A DNA stretch of 64,000 bases from Desulfobacterales bacterium (GTDB taxonomy: Bacteria; Desulfobacterota; Desulfobacteria; Desulfobacterales; UBA5852): contig CAXXVS010000003.1 of assembly GCA_963674755.2 (NCBI GenBank), positions 2,176,001 to 2,240,000 on the forward strand, in the 5' to 3' direction. Below the pieces are notes generated by a model. That model saw only the letters and a program-made list of their open reading frames with translations. It did no database searches and was not told where the DNA came from. This document shows positions 30,864 through 39,901 of this stretch, piece by piece. The translations under genes were made by a program, and so were the position numbers. Each line of letters opens with the position of its first letter. Position 1 is the stretch's first letter.

Positions 30864-32208
30864 GGTGGCCGTCGTCGACGACGAGCAAACCGTTTGCCGG
30901 CGCCTCAAGGAGGTCCTGGACAAGGAGGACTATGCCACCGAAACCTTTCAGGCCGGGGAAGCCTTCTGGACCCGGATGCGGACCTTCCCCTTCCAGATCG
31001 TCTTCCTGGATCTCACCCTGCCCGATACGGACGGCCTGTCCCTTCTGGAGCGGCTTAAAGGGCGCTACCCCGAGGCGGAGGTGGTGATCATCACCGGCCA
31101 CGGCTCCATCGATACGGCCATCGAGGCCATCAAGAAAGGGGCCTTCCACTACGTCAGCAAGCCCTTCAAACTGGAGGAGATCCGGGTGCTGGCGGCCGGC
31201 GCCCGGGAAAAGCTGATGCTGCGCGAGGAGAACCGCCGTCTGCGCGACGCCTGTGAGGGCGGCGACGCCTTTCTGAGCGGTTTTATCGGCACCAGCGAGG
31301 CCATGCAGGACATCTTCGGCATGATCAAGAAGGTGGCCCCCGTGGACTGCAACGTGCTGCTGCAGGGGGAGAGCGGCACCGGCAAGGAGCTCGTGGCCAA
31401 GTCGATCCATCGTTTGAGCCCGCGCCGGGACTATCCCTTCATCTCCTTCAACTGCGGGGGGTTTGCCGAAGAGCTGATCAGCAGCGAGCTTTTCGGCCAT
31501 GAAAAGGGGGCCTTTACCGGTGCCAACCTGACCAAGATCGGACTGCTCGAATCCGCGGCCGGCGGCACGGTCTTTCTGGATGAAATCGGCGAGATGCCGC
31601 CCTCGATGCAGGTCAAACTGCTGCGGGTCCTGCAGGAGAAGCGCATCCTGCGGGTGGGCGGCACCAAGCCCATCGACCTGGACATCCGGGTCATCGCCGC
31701 CAGCAACAAAGACATCAAGAAGGCCTGCCTCGAGGGGAGCTTCCGCGAAGACCTCTTCTACCGCCTCAATGTGGTGACGCTCCAACTGCCGCGCCTGATT
31801 GCGCGTAAATCGGACATTCCGCTGCTGATCGCCGCCTTCATCGAAAAGTACAGCCGGCTCTTCGGCAAAAAGGTAGCCCATATTGCGCCCCAGGCGCTGG
31901 AGATCCTGATGCATTACGATTTTCCCGGCAATGTGCGCGAGCTGGAAAATATCATCCAGCGCGCCATTGCCCTGACCGACAGCGACATCATCGGCGAGGA
32001 ACTCCTGCCGGACGATCTGCAGAGTCTTGAATTCAACATGATCGAAGGCGAGGGTCTGCAGACCCTGGAAGAGGTCGAACGGCAGCATATCCGGGAGGTG
32101 CTGCAAAAGACCGGCGGCAACAAGAATCTCGCCAGCAAAATCCTGAACCTGCCCCGCACCACCCTGTGGCGCAAGATGAAACGGCACAACCTGGTCAACG
32201 GGAAGTAG
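30853..32208 (+). CDS. Sigma-54-dependent response regulator (NtrC family)
   Basis: REC domain (VVDDE, LDL), GESGTGKE, GAFTGA, FLDEIGE, C-terminal HTH. Confidence 0.96.
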   Translation: MSYRVAVVDDEQTVCRRLKEVLDKEDYATETFQAGEAFWTRMRTFPFQIVFLDLTLPDTDGLSLLERLKGRYPEAEVVIITGHGSIDTAIEAIKKGAFHYVSKPFKLEEIRVLAAGAREKLMLREENRRLRDACEGGDAFLSGFIGTSEAMQDIFGMIKKVAPVDCNVLLQGESGTGKELVAKSIHRLSPRRDYPFISFNCGGFAEELISSELFGHEKGAFTGANLTKIGLLESAAGGTVFLDEIGEMPPSMQVKLLRVLQEKRILRVGGTKPIDLDIRVIAASNKDIKKACLEGSFREDLFYRLNVVTLQLPRLIARKSDIPLLIAAFIEKYSRLFGKKVAHIAPQALEILMHYDFPGNVRELENIIQRAIALTDSDIIGEELLPDDLQSLEFNMIEGEGLQTLEEVERQHIREVLQKTGGNKNLASKILNLPRTTLWRKMKRHNLVNGK

Positions 32209-32424
32209 GCGCCAGGCACCGTCCTCCGGTGAAGTGCCGGGGCCCCTGCCCGTCGGCCGGTGATGTTCCAGATTGAAACACGTTCCTTGTCCTATTCCAT
32301 CCTACCATGCTGTAATTATTTGTAATATCTCATATCCAGCCCGATCTTGTTTCATAATGAAACTGGATAGCCTCCGGACACCCCTGAAAATCTATAACTA
32401 ATAGTAATTATTACAATAATATCG

Positions 32425-32440
32425 TGGCATAGGCTTTGCT
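32425..32440 (+). promoter_or_regulatory. Sigma-54 (-24/-12) promoter
   Basis: TGGCATAGGCTTTGCT with GG-N10-GC spacing; candidate activator site TGTTCC-N5-GAAACA at 32264-32280 and an AT-rich spacer between them. Confidence 0.8.
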
Positions 32441-32465
32441 TCGGTGTCGGCCGGAGGAGGGCGTC

Positions 32466-32900
32466 ATGGAAAAAATCCTGGTCACAATGAATCCGGCCCG
32501 CACACGGCTTTTTGCCGGCCTCCACGCGCTCAATCTGGCCCGACGCATCAATGCCAGGGTCATCTTCCTGATGGTCTCTCCCGCCGGACCCGGCCGGTCC
32601 GGACGCTCCACCCACAACCGCAGCGAAACCGCGCTGAAAAAGCGTGTGGAAGCGCTGATCGACGATGCCCGCTCCGACGGCGTGGCCGTGGATTACTATG
32701 CCGCTTCCGGGGATTACGAGGGTGAGCTGATCCGCTTCGTCCAAGAGAACAAGGTCACCCTGCTGGTGGTTGAAACACCGGTGGGGCCGCCCGAAACCGC
32801 GGAGACTTTCAAAAACTTCCTGAACAAACTGCGGCATCGGATCGATTGCCGCATTGAAGTGGTCAACGAAAAACCAAAGACTCCGGCAAGAAAGGAATAG
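32466..32900 (+). CDS. Universal stress protein (USP)-like protein
   Basis: MEKILVTM...ALNLARRINARVIFL...ELIRFVQENKVTLLVV USP-fold pattern; RBS GGAGGAGG. Confidence 0.7.
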   Translation: MEKILVTMNPARTRLFAGLHALNLARRINARVIFLMVSPAGPGRSGRSTHNRSETALKKRVEALIDDARSDGVAVDYYAASGDYEGELIRFVQENKVTLLVVETPVGPPETAETFKNFLNKLRHRIDCRIEVVNEKPKTPARKE

Positions 32901-32904
32901 CACT

Positions 32905-33825
32905 GTGTGGCATCTCTACCTTCCGATCGCGGGCAATAGCGTCAACATCGTTTTGATCTTCATCATGGGCGGATTCGTAGGGCTGCTCTCGGGGATCTTC
33001 GGCGTGGGCGGCGGTTTTCTGATGACCCCCCTTCTCATCATGATCGGCATCCCGCCCACCGTGGCGGCCGCCTCGGATTCCAACCAGATCGTGGGGGCCT
33101 CCACTTCCGGCACCCTGGCCCACTACCGCCTGGGCAACGTGGACTTCAAGATGGGCATCATTCTGCTGGTGGGGGGCGTCCTGGGCGGAACGATGGGGGT
33201 ACAGCTCATCAAGGTGCTCCGGCACATGGGCAACGCCGACTTCCTGATCCAGATCACCTATGTGATCATGCTTGGCTTCGTGGGGATCTACATGTTCATC
33301 GAAAGCCTGCAGGGCCTGCGGGGCGGCGTCGAAACGGCGGCAGTCCCCCAGAAGGAGTCCGGCTATGCCCGCTTGGTCAAACGCCTGCCCTGGCAGATGC
33401 AGTTCGAAAAATCCGGTATCGAACTCTCCATCCTGATGCCGCTCATCCTGGGCGTCTTCGTAGGCGTCCTGGCGGCCATCATGGGGGTCGGCGGGGGGTT
33501 CATCATGGTGCCGGTCATGGTCTACCTGCTGCGCATGCCCATGCATGTGGTGGTGGGCACCAGCCTGTTCCAGATTCTCTTTACCTGCATCAACGTCACG
33601 ATCATGCAGGCCAACACCAACCACACCGTGGACTTCGTGCTGGCCCTGATCCTGTTGATCGGTTCGACGCTGGGCGCGCAGTTCGGCGCCAAGATCAGCC
33701 GGCGCCTCAAAGGCGACCAGCTCAAGATCATCCTGGCCTCGCTGGTGTTGCTGGTGATGGTCAAAATGCTGTTCGGACTGCTGCTGAAACCCGAGATTCT
33801 GCTGAGCTACATCGGAGGACATTAA
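32905..33825 (+). CDS. TauE/SafE (TSUP) family membrane transporter
   Basis: Two G(I/M)(F/M)GVGGGF repeats, GTSLFQ; RBS AAGGA before the GTG. Confidence 0.92.
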   Translation: MWHLYLPIAGNSVNIVLIFIMGGFVGLLSGIFGVGGGFLMTPLLIMIGIPPTVAAASDSNQIVGASTSGTLAHYRLGNVDFKMGIILLVGGVLGGTMGVQLIKVLRHMGNADFLIQITYVIMLGFVGIYMFIESLQGLRGGVETAAVPQKESGYARLVKRLPWQMQFEKSGIELSILMPLILGVFVGVLAAIMGVGGGFIMVPVMVYLLRMPMHVVVGTSLFQILFTCINVTIMQANTNHTVDFVLALILLIGSTLGAQFGAKISRRLKGDQLKIILASLVLLVMVKMLFGLLLKPEILLSYIGGH

Positions 33826-33826
33826 G

Positions 33827-34600
33827 GTGATCAAAAACATATCTGTCCTAACGCTTGTTTGTCTGGTGGGGTTGGGCCTGACCCTGGACGGGGCCCGGGC
33901 CGCCACCAACCTGAAGGTTGCCATGCACCCCGAACAAATCCGGATGGGGGCCGGGTATGACGGCGCCCAGGTGTTGCTCACCGGCAAGCTGCCCGCCGAG
34001 GCCGCCGCCCTGATCCGGGTCGTGGGCCCGGCGGAGCATTCCCGGCTCAAGGAGAAGGGGCGGGCCCTGGGGATCCTGTGGATGAACATGGGATCGGTGG
34101 AAATCGCCGATGTTCCCAACGTATTCCTGCTCTATCTGCCCGAAAAGGGTGGAGACATTCTGGGGGCGGGCGGGGTGCCGCAGGTCGGACTGCAGGGTCT
34201 GCACAAGCAGGTGAAAATCGTGGCCGATGACGCCGACACGGATGCCCTTTTCGATGAATTTGTCAAACTGAAAGAGAAATCCGGTCTGTACGGCACCTTT
34301 GCCGACGCCATCCAATACGGCCCGGCCGAGGGCGGCCTGAAGCCCTTCAAGGCCACTCTGGCCCTGCCGGCGGCCCTGCCCCAGGGATCCTATGCGGTCC
34401 AGGTGCTGGCCGTGACCAACGGGGCCGTCGCCGCTTCGGAGGATCTGGCCCTGGAGGCCCATGAAGTCGGCGTGCCGTCCTGGATATCGACCTTTGCCTT
34501 CGACCACGGCACCCTGTACGGGATTTTTGCGGTCGTGGTGGCCATTATCGCCGGATTGCTGACCGGCATTATTTTCAGAGGTGAGGGGGGCGCCCACTGA
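33827..34600 (+). CDS. TIGR02186-family exported protein with C-terminal membrane anchor
   Basis: Signal peptide, KGRALGILWMN, LPAALPQGSY, C-terminal LYGIFAVVVAIIAG; directly follows the TauE gene. Confidence 0.8.
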   Translation: MIKNISVLTLVCLVGLGLTLDGARAATNLKVAMHPEQIRMGAGYDGAQVLLTGKLPAEAAALIRVVGPAEHSRLKEKGRALGILWMNMGSVEIADVPNVFLLYLPEKGGDILGAGGVPQVGLQGLHKQVKIVADDADTDALFDEFVKLKEKSGLYGTFADAIQYGPAEGGLKPFKATLALPAALPQGSYAVQVLAVTNGAVAASEDLALEAHEVGVPSWISTFAFDHGTLYGIFAVVVAIIAGLLTGIIFRGEGGAH

Positions 34601-34634
34601 AGCGGCCCGGGATGGCCCAAGGGATGGGAGCACT

Positions 34635-37238
34635 GTGGAACATCTGACTAAAATGAGAAGGGTCCTGGAGAGCCTCTGCGATCGCGGGTCACGCCGCGCA
34701 CCGGTGACCTTTGCGGCCCTGTTCCACACCTTCCAACGGATCCTGGAACTCAATAACCAAATCCTGGAACGCATCGCGGACATGGGCGACAAACTGGGCG
34801 GCGATTATATCTTCGACGGGGAGTATATCCGTACCTCCTGCCTGCAGATGGGCAACCTGGTCTATGAACTCGTCTACAACTTCAATATCCTGGCTCCCCA
34901 AAAATACCCGGCCCTGGATGGCGTCTTTCATGGCATCCGCCACGACATCGAAGAAGAGCTGGCCGGCCGGGTGGTGATCCCCCGGACCGAATACGTGATC
35001 CCCTACGACATCATCTCCGGCGATTTCGACGACGTGGTAGGAGGTAAGAACACCCACATCGGCGAAATCCGCAACCGGCTGGAAATGACCGTTCCGGAGG
35101 GCTTTGCCATCACCACCCGGGCCTTTCAGTCCTTTCTGGACCACAACCGCCTGCACCAACCTCTGGAGGAGATCCTGCAGGCCTGGCAGAGCAACGCCGT
35201 CTCCACCAACGAGGCTTCCCAGAAGATTCACGCCATGATCATGGCCGGCACCCCGGCGCCGGCCATGGCGCGGGCCATCCAGAAGGCCGTGCGGCAATTG
35301 CAGCACAAGACCCGCGGGCGCCGCCTGCGACTGGCGGTGCGCAGCAGCGCCATGGGTGAAGACAGCGAGCACAGCTTTGCGGGCCAGTACCGCAGTTTTT
35401 TGAACGAGGCACCGTCCAATCTCGTGGCCCGCTACAAGGAAGTCCTGGCCAGCACCTTTTCGGCCTCCGCCATGGAATACCGGCGCCTGAAAGGCTTTCA
35501 CGCGCGCGAGGTGGTCATGGCCGTGGCCTGCCAGCGTATGATCGAGCCCGCGGTGAGCGGCGTCCTGTATTCCCTGGATCCGGCCGACCCGACCCGGGAG
35601 ATCATGGTGATATCGGCGGCTTGGGGTTTGGGGGAGCCCATCATGAACGGCAGTGCGGCGGCCGACCGTTTCACGGTGTCCCGCGAAGCGCCCCACCAGG
35701 TCCAGCAGCGGGGTGTCGTGCCCAAGCTCCGGCAATGGACGTCCCTGGAGGGCGGGGGCTGCGAATTCCAGCCGGTGGCCGACGCCCTGCAAAACCGCCC
35801 GTCGCTTTCCGATGCCCAAATCAGGGAACTGGCCGAGACCGCCCTACTGATAGAACGGTATTTCAAGTCGCCCCAGGATATCGAATGGGCCTACGACCGC
35901 CAGGGCCGGCTGGTGGTCCTGCAAGCCCGGGCGCTGAACGTCGCTTCCCATATGGTCCCGGCGGTGTGCGATCTGGCCGCAGTCACCGAACGCTATCCGG
36001 TGGTCTTCGCGCACCAGGGGATCATCGTGCAAAACGGCATTGCCACCGGCAAGGTCTTCATCGTGCAGACCGACCGCGACCTGGAGGCCTTTCCCAACGG
36101 CGCGATCCTGGTGGCCAAACAGACCTCGCCCCGCTATGCCAAAGTGGCCCGCAAGGCCGGCGGCATCATCACCGATGCCGGCACCTCCACCGGTCATATG
36201 GCGGCCATTGCCCGCGAATTCAGGATTCCGACCATTGTGAATACGGCGGTGGCAACCGAGAAGCTTGCCGCGGGACAGGCGATCACCCTGGATGCCCAGG
36301 AAAATGTGGTCTACGCCGGCCGCATCAAAGAGCTGTGCTATTTCAATTACATGGAAGATACTTTCGAGGAGACCTACGAATACCGCCTGCTGCGGCGGGT
36401 GCTCAAGAAAATCACGCCGCTCAACCTGGTGGATCCGCACGCCAAAGATTTTGCTCCCCCGGCCTGCCGGAGTTATCACGACATCACGCGCTTTATCCAC
36501 GAAAAGGCCGTGGAGGTATTGGCCGGCCTGGACTACCGCCACCGCCTGCAGGACGCCACCGCCGGCAAAAAACTCGACCTGGAGATTCCCCTCGACCTGA
36601 TCCTCATCGATATCGACGGCGGCCTGCAGGAAGACGGCGCGGGGCGCACGGTCACCCGGGAGCAGATCCGCTCCATTCCCATGCGGGCTTTTCTCGACGG
36701 CCTTTGCTCGCCGGGGGTCTGGAGCCGGGAACCCATGTCCGTGGACTTTACGAGCTTCATGTCCAGCCTGACCCGCACCTTTTCGTCCCACCTGGTGGAT
36801 CCCCAGCGGGTGGGGCAGAACCTGGCCGTTCTTTCCGGGAACTATGCCAATATCAATCTGCGGCTGGGCTACCATTTCAACATGATCGACGCCTACATCG
36901 GCGAACGCGTCAACGACAATTATGCCTATTTCCGCTTCATGGGTGGGGTGACGGATCCGACCCGCCGCTCCCGCCGGGCCCGGCTGATCCGCGAGACCCT
37001 GGCCCAGCACGATTTCAATGTGGATTTGCGCGGCGACCTGGTGATCGGGCGGATCAAGAAGCTCGGCCGCCCCGAGATGGAAGCCAAGATGGTCCTCCTG
37101 GGCCGCCTGGTGGGCTTTACCCGCCAGTTGGACGTGAAGATGAGCAGCGATCAGAAGGTCGATGAGTTTACCGAGCAGTTCGCGCGCTTGCTAACAAAAG
37201 AGGCAGTCGTACACCGACTGGGGAGGGAGACACCATGA
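34635..37238 (+). CDS. PEP-synthase-like protein (ATP-grasp plus phospho-His swivel domain) without the pyruvate-binding barrel
   Basis: VGGKN, VPEGFAITT, AVRSSA.GEDS..SFAGQY, QDIEWA, LQAR; swivel TGHMAAIAREF; unrelated C-terminal domain (NLRLGYHF, FRFMGG, TRQLD). Start uncertain (GTG 34635 or ATG 34653). Confidence 0.85.
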   Translation: MEHLTKMRRVLESLCDRGSRRAPVTFAALFHTFQRILELNNQILERIADMGDKLGGDYIFDGEYIRTSCLQMGNLVYELVYNFNILAPQKYPALDGVFHGIRHDIEEELAGRVVIPRTEYVIPYDIISGDFDDVVGGKNTHIGEIRNRLEMTVPEGFAITTRAFQSFLDHNRLHQPLEEILQAWQSNAVSTNEASQKIHAMIMAGTPAPAMARAIQKAVRQLQHKTRGRRLRLAVRSSAMGEDSEHSFAGQYRSFLNEAPSNLVARYKEVLASTFSASAMEYRRLKGFHAREVVMAVACQRMIEPAVSGVLYSLDPADPTREIMVISAAWGLGEPIMNGSAAADRFTVSREAPHQVQQRGVVPKLRQWTSLEGGGCEFQPVADALQNRPSLSDAQIRELAETALLIERYFKSPQDIEWAYDRQGRLVVLQARALNVASHMVPAVCDLAAVTERYPVVFAHQGIIVQNGIATGKVFIVQTDRDLEAFPNGAILVAKQTSPRYAKVARKAGGIITDAGTSTGHMAAIAREFRIPTIVNTAVATEKLAAGQAITLDAQENVVYAGRIKELCYFNYMEDTFEETYEYRLLRRVLKKITPLNLVDPHAKDFAPPACRSYHDITRFIHEKAVEVLAGLDYRHRLQDATAGKKLDLEIPLDLILIDIDGGLQEDGAGRTVTREQIRSIPMRAFLDGLCSPGVWSREPMSVDFTSFMSSLTRTFSSHLVDPQRVGQNLAVLSGNYANINLRLGYHFNMIDAYIGERVNDNYAYFRFMGGVTDPTRRSRRARLIRETLAQHDFNVDLRGDLVIGRIKKLGRPEMEAKMVLLGRLVGFTRQLDVKMSSDQKVDEFTEQFARLLTKEAVVHRLGRETP

Positions 37239-37630
37239 ACAGCGATACGAAAACAAGGATTCTCGTTCTGGACGACGAAACCATCGTCCTCAAGCGATTG
37301 GGGCCGGCGCTGGAAAAAGCGGGCTACGCGGTGGATCTGTTTTCCCGCAGCGCGGATGCCCTGGCGCGGGTGAAGGAAGCGCCTTTTGACATCGTGATCA
37401 CCGATTTGAAGATGGAAGGGCTCGACGGGATGCAATTTCTGACCAAGGTCAAAGAGCGCTCCCCCCAGACCGAAGTTATCGTGATCACCGGCTTCGCCAC
37501 CATGGACACCGCCAAGGAGTCCTTTCAGAAGGGGGTGTTCGACTTCCTGGCGAAGCCCTTCAAGCTGGGCGAGATTCTTGAGACGGTGAAAAAGGCCGAG
37601 AAGAAGATCCGGCCGGAACTTGCGGACTGA
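37235..37630 (+). CDS. Single-domain response regulator receiver protein
   Basis: ILVLDDE, ITDLKM, ITG, KPF; overlaps the upstream stop (ATGA). Confidence 0.93.
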   Translation: MNSDTKTRILVLDDETIVLKRLGPALEKAGYAVDLFSRSADALARVKEAPFDIVITDLKMEGLDGMQFLTKVKERSPQTEVIVITGFATMDTAKESFQKGVFDFLAKPFKLGEILETVKKAEKKIRPELAD

Positions 37631-37698
37631 CGCAGCCGCCGCGGCAGGTGCCGATGGATGACGGCGGCGGGATAATGGGCACGAGGGAGGAAAACCGC

Positions 37699-38535
37699 AT
37701 GATGGACATGCTGATATCACTGAAAGCCGATCTGGCCTCGAGCATCGCTTTCCGCTATGCCTGTCGCCTGGCGGACCTGGCCGAGATTCACCTGCAAACG
37801 ATTTATGTCGAAGAGGTCGAAAAGGAAGGCTATCCGCCCGGCAGCGGATGGGTCCGCAGCACCTGGGAAACCGGGCTGATCGAGACGGCCCAGCGGGAAA
37901 TCGCGCAGCTGATCAATACGGAAAAGACTCACTGCCCGGTGCTGGACGAACCCATCGTGCGCATCGGCGAACGGGAGGAGGAACTGCTCAAGGAGGTCAA
38001 GCGCGAAGCCTACGACGTGTTTCTGGAAGGCGTGCTGAGTTCTTCGGATGAACGGCTCTTCTACCAAAAAATGCGTTCCAAACTCTACCGGCAGCTGGCC
38101 TGTCCGATCATCCTGGTCAAGAACCTCGTCAATCCGGCCCGGGTGGCCCTCGTGCTGGCCGAGCACAAGGATGTCAAACCGCTGGTCAACACCTTCGCGA
38201 ATCTGTTCGAAAAATCCAAACTGAGCGTGGATCTGGTGTATGTCAAGGCCAATCGGAACGTCCCGGCCGAAAACCAGAAAATACCGGCCGGAACGGCGGG
38301 GCCCGAGTGGGAAGACGCCCGACATACCCTGGACGACGCCCGGGAGCGGCTCGCCTTTCACGGCTGGACGCCCCAGGAGAGCTGGATTCTGCAGGAGCGT
38401 CCCCAGGCCATCGGTGAAATGCTGGCCCCCTATGGGCTGGTGGGCAGCCGGCTGCCGCGCGCAGTGCATAAATCCAATATGGTCATGGATCTGTTGAGCC
38501 GGGTGTCATCGGCGACGTTGTTGGCCAGGAATTGA
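37699..38535 (+). CDS. Tandem USP-like protein
   Basis: N-terminal USP pattern (ASSIAFRYACRLA...ELLKEVKREAYDVF...CPIILVK) and a degenerate second domain. Confidence 0.7.
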   Translation: MMDMLISLKADLASSIAFRYACRLADLAEIHLQTIYVEEVEKEGYPPGSGWVRSTWETGLIETAQREIAQLINTEKTHCPVLDEPIVRIGEREEELLKEVKREAYDVFLEGVLSSSDERLFYQKMRSKLYRQLACPIILVKNLVNPARVALVLAEHKDVKPLVNTFANLFEKSKLSVDLVYVKANRNVPAENQKIPAGTAGPEWEDARHTLDDARERLAFHGWTPQESWILQERPQAIGEMLAPYGLVGSRLPRAVHKSNMVMDLLSRVSSATLLARN

Positions 38536-38547
38536 AAGGAGCTTGCC

Positions 38548-39417
38548 ATGAAGATACTGGTGGCCGTAGATCAGAACCCCTACAGTGCCCATGCCGTCGT
38601 CGAAGTGGCCCGCTTGGCCGCCAATACCTGGGCCAACGTCAGCCTTCTGGGCGTGCAGTCCAAGAACGCGCCCGCCCAGGCCGCCGCGGACGGGTCGGTG
38701 TCCCGGGCGCTTTTTGAGTATCGCCAGCGTTTCCTCGCGCAATTCGACGGGAAAGACTGCCCTTACGCGCAGGCCGCTTTAGATCCCGCGCTGGTGGAAG
38801 TCGCGAAGAAGGTCTACGAGGCCCGGCCGCCTTCCCCCGCCGCCCGGAAGAACCTGACCCTCCGGCTGCGCATCGGCAGCCTGGGACGTGAGATCCTGTC
38901 CGAAGCCCGGGAAGCGCAGAGCGATCTGGTGGTCCTGGGGTGCGACCCGGCCAACGGCTGCGGGTGGTCCGGGGGCGCCGGGGTACCCCTCAAGGTGGCC
39001 AACGAGGCGCCCTGTTCCGTGCTGGTCGCCAAGAAGAAAAAGGCGGTCAAACGCATTATCTGCTGCCTCGACCAGGACCGGGTGAGCCAGCCGTCCCTGG
39101 AAATGATCAACCAGATGGTCACCCTGCACGACGGGGCCCAACTCGTCATCATCGGTATCGGCGGGCATGAGCAGCTGGATGCCGGGGTCGAGAAGAAGAT
39201 GGACCGCATCCTGCGCTACTACCATGCCCGGGGCATCGATCCCTGGATCGAGATGGTGGACGCGGATGCCCTGGATGCCTTCGTCGCCCGGGAATCGCGT
39301 TGGGGGATGATGGCCTTCTGGATGGGGCCCCAATCGATCCTGGAAAAGGTGTTTCCCCGCCGCAAGGTCAACAAACTGATCAAGGGCGGCGACGCCTCGG
39401 TGCTGATCTTGCGATAG
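38548..39417 (+). CDS. Tandem universal stress protein
   Basis: MKILVAVD..PYS, SDLVVLG, VANEAPCSVLV, SVLILR. Confidence 0.85.
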   Translation: MKILVAVDQNPYSAHAVVEVARLAANTWANVSLLGVQSKNAPAQAAADGSVSRALFEYRQRFLAQFDGKDCPYAQAALDPALVEVAKKVYEARPPSPAARKNLTLRLRIGSLGREILSEAREAQSDLVVLGCDPANGCGWSGGAGVPLKVANEAPCSVLVAKKKKAVKRIICCLDQDRVSQPSLEMINQMVTLHDGAQLVIIGIGGHEQLDAGVEKKMDRILRYYHARGIDPWIEMVDADALDAFVARESRWGMMAFWMGPQSILEKVFPRRKVNKLIKGGDASVLILR

Positions 39418-39901
39418 ACGCCGCTGGTGCGGGCTGCGGCCGCTCCGGAGCGCGGCCGTGATCGGGCCGTGTAAGAGGAAAGCCTGCAAGCGATCCTGCA
39501 GGGCGCCGGCGAAGACGTTCCATCGGATGCAGTCCTCCCTATTTGTTAACGGCTGGTAAGGCGCTGGCTATCCCGGCGTTGACGATTCGGGGGCGCGGCC
39601 ATTGTGTATGGCGCCGCGCTTCCTGGCGGCTGACATGGCCTATCCCATCAACATCTCCCTGAACCATATCCACCTGATAGCGAAACCCCTGATCGAAGCA
39701 ACCTGTTTTTCACCCTGATCGGGAAATTTCCTCCGGGAGCTGTTAGGCTATTGATTTGCAGACCCGATTATGCCTTTTTGGACAGGTCGGTCTGCCCGGG
39801 AACAATGGTGAACGGTCCCCCGCTGCCGATTCGTTACCCCCAAGAGCCGGGATGATACAAGCCGGCGAGGCGCCATCACGAACCAGGTGAGGGGAGGTCC
39901 C

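Noticed and set aside
34635..37238. Ordinary ppsA
   Set aside because: The C-terminal PEP/pyruvate-binding barrel motifs are absent.
39418..39900. 480-bp intergenic gap as a hidden gene or ncRNA
   Set aside because: Only short GC hairpins; no credible ORF or recognisable RNA motif.
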